A stretch of DNA of 63,500 nt, filler included. It is 5 parts of 5 records of this genome, joined end to end, with 100 filler letters (N's around TTAATTAATTAA, not from the genome) between each part and the next. Parts side by side here need not be neighbours in the genome. Positions count along the whole stretch, not along the records: positions 1 to 26,223 come from SRR31156797_6871; 4 more parts are not named here. One strand, given 5' to 3'. Below the pieces are notes generated by a model. That model was not told the origin of the DNA and made no database searches. It saw only the letters and a program-made list of their open reading frames with translations. Within the stretch, counting starts at the first letter, position 1; each line of letters begins with the position of its first letter. Shown piece by piece: positions 1 through 8,781 of this stretch. Both the position numbers and the translations under genes were made by a program.

Positions 1-2400
1 TTGTCTTTCTACTTCTTCTTTTGCTTTTTGCTCTTTTTCAGAATCACTCTCGTTGAAAATAAGATTCTCTTCATATAAAGACTTAACACTTCCCACTTGC
101 TCTACAACAGGGAAGATATTTTCATTTTCTAATACAAATTTATTTACTGTATCTTCTAGATTAAAATAGTTTTCATACAGTCCATAAACAAGTTTAATTA
201 AACTTCCATTATCACCATATCTAAAGAAAAATGAGTTTTCATAAATATCATTTTTTTCTACAAAGTTTTCAAGTTTTTTAAGACTTGTAAAAGATGAGAT
301 ATTCAAAGTAAACATACTGTCACTTGAAGACAAAAATTTATTTTTAAACTCTTCATTAGTTGTAAAAATCTTTTTTTCTGGCGCTTTTATAATCTTTTCA
401 ACAACTTTGATTTTTGTTTTTGCTTCAGGTTTTTTTATTTCTAAACCATTTATATATTTTTCATATAATGATTTAATATCTTTTATTTTTCTGATTTCAA
501 AACTTTTTTCTATTTTTTTATTTTCAAAAGTTTTTAGATATTCTTGTGCATCCTCTTTTGTATCAAAGATGTTGTGAGCTAATTTATTTTTGATTTTATA
601 ATTATCTACAACGGCATAAGAAAAAGAGTTTTCATCAATCTTATTCTTAACCATAAAATCAAAAGATGTATAAATAGAATCAAAGTCCCCAATAACTACT
701 GTAAATTTTTCATCATCTGTTTCTTGAAAAAGCTTAACAAAGTTGTTTATCTTTTCCTCTAAAGAAAGTTTTGGGAGAGGTATATCTAGAACTTTTTCTT
801 CCTCTTTTTTTGCTTCATCTTTTTGTTTTAAGATATCATTTTTATCTTCTTTTTCTGTTTCGTTTTTCTTGTCATTTGTTAAAGATAGTTCTATCCCATC
901 TTCGGCTATAACAGTTTTTTTATAATCACTTTTTGAAAAGTCAATAAATTTTGGGTTTTGAGGGTCGACATCAAAGAATGATGCCAAATCACCAGTTAAC
1001 TCTAAGATATTAAAGAAATTTACAACTTGACTCTTTTCAAAGTTTACAAGCTCTGTTTCTGCTGAGTTTAGTTGTCTTTGCCCTTGAAGTAAAGTTTGTA
1101 AATCTTGTTCACCTAATTTAAACGCTTCCCAATATGCTGCAACCATTTTTCTAGATGATTTTATCTCTTCGATAGTACTTTCTAAAGCTTGACTTATTGA
1201 TTGTAAAGAAGTATGTATTTTAGATAGATTCCATCTGATTTTTTTCTTTTCCTCTTCAAGTTTATAGTTTAGGTCTCTGATTTTACTATTTGATTCTAAG
1301 ATTTTATTTTTATCTCTTCCACCATTGAAAAGGTTATATTTTAAAGTAACACTTCCACTTAAATCTGTTTCATCGATTTCAGAATCTTCACTTTCATAAG
1401 TTTTTCCATAAGATAATTCTAACCCAACTTCAGGTTGAAATGATGATTCATTTTTCTTTTTATTAAATTTCTCAGATTGAATAGATTTATAATAGTTTAT
1501 CAACTCTCTATTTTGGTCTAATGCTCTTTGATATAAAGTATCAAACTCAGTCAATGTTATATTGAAGTTTTTTTCATAAGGCATTGTTTTTTGAAACTGT
1601 GTTCCTACAATATACTCATAATATCTAAGTGCTTCTATAAATTTTGATTTGATTCGAACAAGTTTAGTTGTTGCGTTTGCAACACTTGCTTTAATTGATG
1701 TTAAATCTGCAATTGAAGCTGCACCATTATCGTATTTTGTTGTAACAATTTTCAATATTCGATTTAATTTTTTCATATTTCGTTCATTAACCATCACTGA
1801 ACGACTTGCAAAAACTACATCAAAATATGCTTTTATAGCTTTTTTTATCTCTTCATCCAATTTAATTTTATATTGGTTTTTTGCTACTTCAAGTTTTTTT
1901 GCAACACTTTTGATATTATAATTAGTTGCATTTCCAGAATAAAGGTTTTGTCTTAGTACAAACTCATAATTATCATCATTGTAATATCTATATTTTCCAC
2001 CCTCTTCTTCACCTGGTTTTGACCTTGTTCTTCCTAATTCATACTGAAAGTTTACAGTTGGATAATAATCTGCAATTGCATTTTTAACTTTGATTTCATA
2101 CTGAATTACATTTTCTCTTGAAGATTTTAAAACATCACTTCTTGATAATGTTTCTAAAACCACATCTATTAACTTGACTTTTGTATAAAGCTTTGTATCT
2201 AAGTCTGCATTTTTTTCTAATGCTTTTAATTTAGCAGCAGATGGTGATTCTGGAATGTAATCTTTTTTTACACTCTTTAAAATACCTTTTTTACCCTCAA
2301 TTTGTTTTAGTTTTTCTTGAGGAATCAAATTTAAGTCATTTTCATCATTCAACGCAAAAACTGATGAAGTAATAAAAAAAACTAATACTATATATTTCAT
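1..2400 (-). CDS. TolC-family outer membrane channel of the T1SS with a long C-terminal extension (two SPOR-like segments); 3' end runs off the window
   Basis: Absent from the ORF track because there is no stop in the window; translated by hand. ATG at 2400 after a GGGG RBS-like motif; signal peptide MKYIVLVFFITSSVFA; OEP motifs YYPTVNFQY, LRQNLYSG, YDNGAASIADL, LKYNLFNGGRD, FKLGEQDLQTLLQGQRQL. Frame is open for 800 codons to position 1. Confidence 0.9.
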   Translation of the reverse strand, partial: MKYIVLVFFITSSVFALNDENDLNLIPQEKLKQIEGKKGILKSVKKDYIPESPSAAKLKALEKNADLDTKLYTKVKLIDVVLETLSRSDVLKSSRENVIQYEIKVKNAIADYYPTVNFQYELGRTRSKPGEEEGGKYRYYNDDNYEFVLRQNLYSGNATNYNIKSVAKKLEVAKNQYKIKLDEEIKKAIKAYFDVVFASRSVMVNERNMKKLNRILKIVTTKYDNGAASIADLTSIKASVANATTKLVRIKSKFIEALRYYEYIVGTQFQKTMPYEKNFNITLTEFDTLYQRALDQNRELINYYKSIQSEKFNKKKNESSFQPEVGLELSYGKTYESEDSEIDETDLSGSVTLKYNLFNGGRDKNKILESNSKIRDLNYKLEEEKKKIRWNLSKIHTSLQSISQALESTIEEIKSSRKMVAAYWEAFKLGEQDLQTLLQGQRQLNSAETELVNFEKSQVVNFFNILELTGDLASFFDVDPQNPKFIDFSKSDYKKTVIAEDGIELSLTNDKKNETEKEDKNDILKQKDEAKKEEEKVLDIPLPKLSLEEKINNFVKLFQETDDEKFTVVIGDFDSIYTSFDFMVKNKIDENSFSYAVVDNYKIKNKLAHNIFDTKEDAQEYLKTFENKKIEKSFEIRKIKDIKSLYEKYINGLEIKKPEAKTKIKVVEKIIKAPEKKIFTTNEEFKNKFLSSSDSMFTLNISSFTSLKKLENFVEKNDIYENSFFFRYGDNGSLIKLVYGLYENYFNLEDTVNKFVLENENIFPVVEQVGSVKSLYEENLIFNESDSEKEQKAKEEVERQ

Positions 2401-2414
2401 ATAACCCCTAAGCA

Positions 2415-3173
2415 CTATTTTTTTATCCTAATAACCAAATATCCATTTTCTTTATTTATATCTTCTTTTACATCTGTATCAGATAATAAATCCACTCTAA
2501 CATCTTTTTTCTCATATCCTAGTTTTCTTATAAGGTTTCTTGCCCCAATTGACCTTGCTAAAGATATTTGTTTTGATATTGTTGCACTTACTCGCCCTTG
2601 TACATCTGCAGCATTTATCAAAATTTGATGTTCTCCATATTTATTTCTTGCTTCTATTATGAAATCTTTTAATTGTTTTGTAATAGTATTATCAAAGAAT
2701 ATTTCATCCCCTTTAAAAGTTACAATAAAGTAATCATCAACATTAATAATTTGTTGTTTAGATTTTTTATCATCATCTTTTCTATCTTTTACATCAATAC
2801 CACCAGCTTCAATTTCTGATTCCTCTTTCTCTTTTGCTTGAACAGTCCTTTCTTGAATGATTTTTCTAAGTCTTATAATCTCATTTTGCATTTTTGCAAC
2901 AGATTGAGTACTTGTAGTACTTTCTGTTTGAACATTAGGTGTTGGAACTTGCTCTTGAAACAGTTTAACAGTTCCTTCACTTGGATTGTCATTTACTATC
3001 AAATCATCTGTTGCAATTGACCCTGTATATGAAACTTTATATTTAAATTGTGCATAATATCCAAGGTTTACAAGTACAACTAGTAAGAATAAAAGCATTA
3101 CTAGAATTACTGATGAGAAAATATCAACAAATGATGGCCATGGGTTAAACTCATCTTCACATCTTTTTGCCAT
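2415..3173 (-). CDS. SiiA/MotB-like inner-membrane channel subunit with periplasmic OmpA-like domain
   Basis: N-terminal EDEFNPWPSFVDIFSSVILVMLLFLLVVL is a single TM with the conserved Asp (D17), closely matching the Salmonella SiiA N-terminus as I recall it (EDESNPWPSFVDTF). C-terminal 'ISLARSIGARNLI' resembles the OmpA-like LS-xx-RA helix. Confidence 0.8.
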   Translation of the reverse strand: MAKRCEDEFNPWPSFVDIFSSVILVMLLFLLVVLVNLGYYAQFKYKVSYTGSIATDDLIVNDNPSEGTVKLFQEQVPTPNVQTESTTSTQSVAKMQNEIIRLRKIIQERTVQAKEKEESEIEAGGIDVKDRKDDDKKSKQQIINVDDYFIVTFKGDEIFFDNTITKQLKDFIIEARNKYGEHQILINAADVQGRVSATISKQISLARSIGARNLIRKLGYEKKDVRVDLLSDTDVKEDINKENGYLVIRIKK

Positions 3174-3185
3174 TTATAAACCTAG

Positions 3186-4325
3186 TTATTTTTTCTCTAA
3201 TTTATCTAATCGAGTATTCAATGACTCAATTAACTCTAGTAAAAGTTTATTATTCTCTTCTTGTAAAGATAAACTTTTCTTAATACTTCTATGTTCAGCT
3301 AAGATTACATTTGAAACTTCTTGTAATGATTCTTCCATAACTGAAGCATTTGAGAATTGATTTACATTCATCTCTCTTAAGCTTGTAACAACATTTTCTA
3401 AAAGCAGAGATTCTTTCTCTTTTGTTTTATTATTATCAACCATACTTTCAGAGATAAGATTATATACATTTTCTGCAGCTCTGTTTGATTTATCAAGTTT
3501 ATCGGTGAAGTCTCCCATAGTGTCAATAAATACATCTAAGAACCCTTGCATATTGCCTCCACCTATATTTTGGTTAGCAACTGCTGAAATACCTAGTTCT
3601 GTTCTTGCTTGCTCCATTGCATCTGAAGACTGAGAATCGATAATCTTACCTTTCATCCAATCTTCAACATCTTGAAGGAAACCTGCTTGATTTCTAGTAA
3701 GAATATATTGCATTACATTCAAAATCACCGCTGATGCAACACCAAATAAAGAAGAAGCAAACCCTATTGACATACCGCCAAGTGGTCCAGAGAACTTAGT
3801 CATAACTTCGCCAATATCAATATCATCTCCACCAAAAGAAAGAATAATCGCACCCATCTCATCAATTGCAACTAAAAGACCTGTAAATGTACCAAAAAGT
3901 CCCAACATAAGAGAGGTTCCAACGAAAAAATTCGTATAACCTTTTTGATTAAAGAACTGTTCATTTAGCCATTCACTTACATTTTTAGCTTCATCTTGAG
4001 TAAAATATAAAACACCTTTTTGTGCTCTTTTATTAAACATATGTGCAATAGTTGCTGGGAAAACCCCTGTAATACCTTGAAGATAGAACTCTAAAGCTTT
4101 TCCTTTTTTGTATGCTAAAATACCAAATGTACCAGATAGCATAGTAAGTTTTATTGCTGCTTGATAAAGTATTAGTAGTCCAATAGAAAAGATAGTTAAA
4201 ATAGCAACATTAAATGTAAGTGTTGCTAGAAAGAAGCTTGTAATTAACTGAATATTAGAAAAAACTAAAAACAGAATAAATAATAGAAATATAAAATATA
4301 TTTTTAAGATTTTTATACGTCTCAT
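3186..4325 (-). CDS. SiiB/MotA/TolQ/ExbB-like proton-channel subunit with cytoplasmic coiled-coil tail
   Basis: N-terminal TMs, then LMLGLFGTFTGL ... GPLGGMSIGFASSLFGVASAVIL (MotA/ExbB signature helices), then a helical tail. Lies 12 bp upstream of the SiiA-like gene. Confidence 0.85.
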   Translation of the reverse strand: MRRIKILKIYFIFLLFILFLVFSNIQLITSFFLATLTFNVAILTIFSIGLLILYQAAIKLTMLSGTFGILAYKKGKALEFYLQGITGVFPATIAHMFNKRAQKGVLYFTQDEAKNVSEWLNEQFFNQKGYTNFFVGTSLMLGLFGTFTGLLVAIDEMGAIILSFGGDDIDIGEVMTKFSGPLGGMSIGFASSLFGVASAVILNVMQYILTRNQAGFLQDVEDWMKGKIIDSQSSDAMEQARTELGISAVANQNIGGGNMQGFLDVFIDTMGDFTDKLDKSNRAAENVYNLISESMVDNNKTKEKESLLLENVVTSLREMNVNQFSNASVMEESLQEVSNVILAEHRSIKKSLSLQEENNKLLLELIESLNTRLDKLEKK

Positions 4326-4334
4326 CTAGACACC

Positions 4335-5288
4335 TTAAAACATAAATAATAAGATTGAGATAACCAATCCTAATGCAACTGTAGTTACTGTTTTTGTCAT
4401 ATTATCAACAATATTAACAAAAGCACCACTACCTTCAACTGTTTCACCTATTATAACTAAGCCTATGATATTACCCTCAATATCAGCGACTTTTTGTACA
4501 GCTTTGAAATATGTATCGTCTACATAATATCCATCTTCTAAAAGCTGTCTGTAAGCATCTTTACCTTCATCAATAATTTTTGCAAAAAATTGTCCGTCAT
4601 ATTCTTCTTCTTCAACATATAAAGTGTCTACAACTTCTCTATACTTACCATCTCTTGCTTTTATTGATAGTCTATTTAACATTCTTTCTTCAATCATAAA
4701 CATAAAGATTAAATCTTCTTTTGCATAATCTACTTTAAAATTATGTAATTCGTCTTTTAATTCTAAAATCCCAATAAGTCTATCATCTTTGATAAGTGGT
4801 TCAATGTAAACATAAAAAATACCATCTGATAATACTTCAAGACCATAAGCTTTGTTTTTAGAATTTATTACAGAGTTAATATCACTTCTATATTGATTTA
4901 CTTGATTAAAAATTGGATAAAAACTAAGTTGCATTGTGTTAAAACCATTTTCTTTAAATCCATTATTAAATTCACTTATAATGTTTCCAACATTTACTAA
5001 ATTATTATTTTCTATACTAGTAATTAAATCATTATTAGTTTTTGCTGTAATCATGATTTTTTTAAGTGTTTGTTCTTTTTGACTTACTCTATTTTTATAA
5101 TTTTTAATATAAGTGTTAGACATATTTACATATACATCTTTTGAAACACTTTCCGTCATATGAGTTAATAAATACAGAGATAAAAAAATACCTGTAATTG
5201 AAACACCAGCTAAAATTGTAAACCATAATCCCTTGTTTGATTTCAAGTCAGCAATAAATTTTTGCAGAAATTTGAAGAAGCTAAACAT
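4335..5288 (-). CDS. Membrane-anchored Cache-type sensor domain protein without cytoplasmic output domain
   Basis: TM near residues 22-42, periplasmic Cache-like region (AYGLEVLSDGIFYVYIEPLIKDDRLIGILE; VADIEGNIIGLVIIG), second TM at the very C-terminus, then stop. Confidence 0.65.
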   Translation of the reverse strand: MFSFFKFLQKFIADLKSNKGLWFTILAGVSITGIFLSLYLLTHMTESVSKDVYVNMSNTYIKNYKNRVSQKEQTLKKIMITAKTNNDLITSIENNNLVNVGNIISEFNNGFKENGFNTMQLSFYPIFNQVNQYRSDINSVINSKNKAYGLEVLSDGIFYVYIEPLIKDDRLIGILELKDELHNFKVDYAKEDLIFMFMIEERMLNRLSIKARDGKYREVVDTLYVEEEEYDGQFFAKIIDEGKDAYRQLLEDGYYVDDTYFKAVQKVADIEGNIIGLVIIGETVEGSGAFVNIVDNMTKTVTTVALGLVISILLFMF

Positions 5289-5395
5289 TAATTAACCCTT
5301 AAAATAATATATTAAGTATGTATATTATTTAAATTTCCCTTTTATCTAGATGAAAATATAAGAGATTGGAAAAAAAGTAATAATTTATTTTGATA

Positions 5396-6670
5396 TTACT
5401 GTTCACCCATTGCATTTCTACTTATATCTTTTAGTGGTTTAATTATATATTGAAGTATAGTTTTTTTACCTGTAAGGATGTTTATATTTGCTATCATCCC
5501 CGGCATTATAGGCAAATCAGGTGCAAATTGATTTGTATCAACTTTTACTTTTACAAGATAATAAATTGTACCATTTCTATCTTCAAAAGAATCTGGTGAA
5601 ATTGATATCAATTTTCCACTTAATAATCCATATTTTGAAAAATCATATGCAGTGATTTCAACAGATACATCTTGACCAGCCCAAATCTGAGCTCTATTAC
5701 TTGTACCTACTCTTGCTTCAATAGTCAAAGACTCATCAATTGGTGTAATTTCTGCTAATTTATCACCAGATTTTACAATTCCGCCAATTGTATAAAAATA
5801 TAACTTATTAATAATTCCATCAACAGGAGAAACTACATCTTTTCTAAGTTCTCTATCTGTATTTGCTTTATTTTTTTCTATTAATTTATTTATTTCTGCT
5901 TTTAGTGTTGAATACTTTTGTAAATGTTTAGACTTTATTTCAGATTTTACTGTTTCAATTTTTTTCTTAGCCTCTTGAATCTCTTCTTTTATAATTGGAA
6001 TATTATTTCTTGTTTCAGACAGCTTTGTTACTATATTTTGTTTTTTTGAAAGTTCTGCAATATACTCTTTTTTTGAAACAACTTGTTTTTTGTATAAAGA
6101 CTCCAAAATTTTCATATTTGCTTGCGCTAAATTCAGTTCTAAAGATAAATTTTCAAATTTTGTTTCTGCTTCTTTTAGTTTAAATTCTTTTTGTCTCAAT
6201 TGATCTTGAGCTATTGAGATTTTTGTTTTTCGCGTTTTTAAATCTTCAAAAAATATTCTTTTTTCATTTGCAATAATATCTGGTATATTTTCAATTAAAT
6301 CTTTTGGAAAAATAATATTTTCTTTCTCATCAATTGAAGCTTCCAATCTTTGAGCTGCTGCTCTAAAAGCTAATAAATCTATCTCTTTTGATTTTAAATC
6401 AGCTTTAAAAAACTCATTTGACAAAGTATAAATAGTCTGACCTTTTTTAACTTCATCCCCTTCACTTAGTTTAATATCTGAGATTATTCCACCCTCAAGG
6501 TTTTGTAATATTTTTGTTTGACCTGAGGGAACAACTTTTCCTGTTCCTCTAACAACTTCATCAATTTCACTAAAAGATGACCAAGTAATAAAAGCAATAA
6601 AAAATAACATTATTGGAACTACAGAAACATAATAATTCCATTTTTTTTCTTCAAATAATAAATTACTCAA
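5396..6670 (-). CDS. HlyD-family T1SS membrane fusion protein
   Basis: IDEVVRGTGKVVPSG, LEGGII...EGDEVKKGQ, long coiled coil, VVSPVDGII, AYDFSKYGLLSG, IMPGMIANINILTGKKTILQYIIKP. Confidence 0.95.
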   Translation of the reverse strand: MSNLLFEEKKWNYYVSVVPIMLFFIAFITWSSFSEIDEVVRGTGKVVPSGQTKILQNLEGGIISDIKLSEGDEVKKGQTIYTLSNEFFKADLKSKEIDLLAFRAAAQRLEASIDEKENIIFPKDLIENIPDIIANEKRIFFEDLKTRKTKISIAQDQLRQKEFKLKEAETKFENLSLELNLAQANMKILESLYKKQVVSKKEYIAELSKKQNIVTKLSETRNNIPIIKEEIQEAKKKIETVKSEIKSKHLQKYSTLKAEINKLIEKNKANTDRELRKDVVSPVDGIINKLYFYTIGGIVKSGDKLAEITPIDESLTIEARVGTSNRAQIWAGQDVSVEITAYDFSKYGLLSGKLISISPDSFEDRNGTIYYLVKVKVDTNQFAPDLPIMPGMIANINILTGKKTILQYIIKPLKDISRNAMGEQ

Positions 6671-6675
6671 TACTT

Positions 6676-8778
6676 TTACCTTTTTTGCTGTAAAGCTGCT
6701 AAGACTTTATCTTTTGGACCATCTGCAACAATTTTACCATTGTTTAAAACTATCACTCTATCAACCAACTCTAATGCTGCAAATCTATGTGTTATTACAA
6801 CTAAAGTTTTATCTTTTAAAACCTGTTTTATATGTGTTATTAAACTTTTTTCCAAACCTACATCAAGTCCTGTTGTCGGCTCATCAAGAACTACAATGGG
6901 AGGGTCATTTAAAATTGCTCTTGCTAAAGCTACAAGATGTCTTTGACCAGCTGAAAGGTTACTTCCTCTTTCTCCTACTTGTAAGCCATCACCTTGTCCT
7001 GATTTTTTAACTAAATCATCTAAACCAGTAAGTTTTATTAGAGTCATTAATTTTTCTTTACTAATTGGGTTTGATAACTCAATATTCTCTTTTAATGATC
7101 CTGAGAATAAAAATGGTTCTTGTGGCATAACTCCAACATTTTGTCTAATTTCAACAGGGTGTAAAGTTGAAACCTCATGTCCATCTAAATATATACTTCC
7201 ACTACTTGCACTATCTAAACCAGAAAGTAACCTTAAAAATGTAGTTTTACCTGCACCAGTTTGTCCAATAATACCAACTTTTTCCCCTGGTTTTATTTTT
7301 AAACTGCACTCTTCTAATGATGGGTATTTGCTATTTTTATAAAAGAAACTTACTTTTGAAAATTCTATTTCACCTTTTATTTTTCCTACACCAATTTCAA
7401 CATTTTTTTGATTTTCTAAAGGGAGGTGCCAAAAGTCATTTATGTTGTTTAAAGACTCTTTTATCTCTTTAAATCTAATAACCATCATTGATGTTTGAAT
7501 TACAGGAACCATAGCTCTACTTGATAAAATAGTTACAGCAATAAGTCCACCAACTGTAAGATTATTGCTTGCTATTTCAAATACTCCAACAATAATTACA
7601 CACATAGTAACAAGTTGAACTACAGTTTGAGAAAGGTTCATTGAGAACACATTTAAAGATTGGATTTTTCTTCCAATAGTATCTGTATTTGCAACTAAAT
7701 TTCTCCAGTTAAATAGTTTTGTTGAAACAGCATTTGAAAGTTTTATTATCTCACTTCCTTGTATTGTTTCAACTAAGTAACTATTTTTTGATTGGATATT
7801 CTCAACATTTTTTTTACTTAGGTTTGATATTGGTATTTGCATTATTATATTAAAGATAATAATCAATATAGCTACTATTAAAGGTACAGCTGCAACAGCT
7901 GGAGATATTAAAAATATCACAATAATTGCTATAAAAAAGAAAGGTAAATCAATAACTTGTAAAATTGATTTTGTAGCAAAAAACTCTTTTATTTGATTTA
8001 ATTCTCTAAAAAGATTTGCTTTTGAACCAACTAACATATTATCAAACTCTGATTTGATACATAACATACGCTTCATCAATTCTTCTTCTAAATAAACCCC
8101 TAAATTTTTACCAACCTTTTCAATAATATGATTTCTTACACTTTTAAAATAGATATCAAAAACTAAAATTATAAGTACCCCTGAAGCTAATACAAACAGT
8201 GTTTCTGTTGCATTATTAGGAACTACTCTATCGTAAACACTCATTGTAAATAAAGGTACTGCTAAAGCAAAAATATTTATAAATATAGTTAAAAAACCTA
8301 TCTCGATATAAGAACGCCAAAAGGCTTTAACAGGAGTCCAGAACCAATCTTTGGTTCTTTCTTTTTCTAAAAGTTCTTCTTTTTTTGGGTCTCTAAAAAT
8401 TAAAATTGCTTTTTTAAAATGTTTTAAAAAGCTTTTTTTCTCTTTTATTTTTTCGTCATTTATTGGGTCATAAAGTGCAATTTCATCACTATCTTTTTTT
8501 AATAAAATAAAAGGTTTATTTTCACTATCAAAAATAATACAAGGGTAAAAATGATTTGGAATATCAGAAGCTTGCATATCTTTTTCTACTGCACTTAAAC
8601 CAACTTCATTTGCAACATCAATTGCAATCTCAGGAGTAAAACCATTGTTTGATACAGCAGAAAGACTCAAAATTGTATCAATTGAAATCTCACCAAAATA
8701 AAAATCAAATATGTATTTTAAAGAGTATAGAAGTGGATGTTCTTTTCTATACTCATCATTTTTTAAAGCTTCGTCCAA
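6676..8778 (-). CDS. T1SS ABC transporter/permease (LssB/LapB type) with N-terminal C39-like domain
   Basis: PLFTMSVYDRVVPN, Walker A GQTGAGKT, signature LSAGQ, Walker B VVLDEPT, H-loop ITHR. The N-terminal C39-like domain lacks the catalytic Cys (LLYSL). Confidence 0.95.
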   Translation of the reverse strand: MDEALKNDEYRKEHPLLYSLKYIFDFYFGEISIDTILSLSAVSNNGFTPEIAIDVANEVGLSAVEKDMQASDIPNHFYPCIIFDSENKPFILLKKDSDEIALYDPINDEKIKEKKSFLKHFKKAILIFRDPKKEELLEKERTKDWFWTPVKAFWRSYIEIGFLTIFINIFALAVPLFTMSVYDRVVPNNATETLFVLASGVLIILVFDIYFKSVRNHIIEKVGKNLGVYLEEELMKRMLCIKSEFDNMLVGSKANLFRELNQIKEFFATKSILQVIDLPFFFIAIIVIFLISPAVAAVPLIVAILIIIFNIIMQIPISNLSKKNVENIQSKNSYLVETIQGSEIIKLSNAVSTKLFNWRNLVANTDTIGRKIQSLNVFSMNLSQTVVQLVTMCVIIVGVFEIASNNLTVGGLIAVTILSSRAMVPVIQTSMMVIRFKEIKESLNNINDFWHLPLENQKNVEIGVGKIKGEIEFSKVSFFYKNSKYPSLEECSLKIKPGEKVGIIGQTGAGKTTFLRLLSGLDSASSGSIYLDGHEVSTLHPVEIRQNVGVMPQEPFLFSGSLKENIELSNPISKEKLMTLIKLTGLDDLVKKSGQGDGLQVGERGSNLSAGQRHLVALARAILNDPPIVVLDEPTTGLDVGLEKSLITHIKQVLKDKTLVVITHRFAALELVDRVIVLNNGKIVADGPKDKVLAALQQKR

Positions 8779-8781
8779 AGT

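Noticed and set aside
2415-4325. Zorya ZorAB or flagellar stator interpretation of the MotA/MotB-like pair
   Set aside because: No zorC/D/E or flagellar genes nearby, the tail is short for ZorA, and the pair sits inside a T1SS operon with a SiiA-like N-terminal motif.
5302-5330. AT-rich inverted repeat between hlyD and the Cache gene
   Set aside because: Such repeats arise easily by chance at this AT content; no GC stem or clear function.
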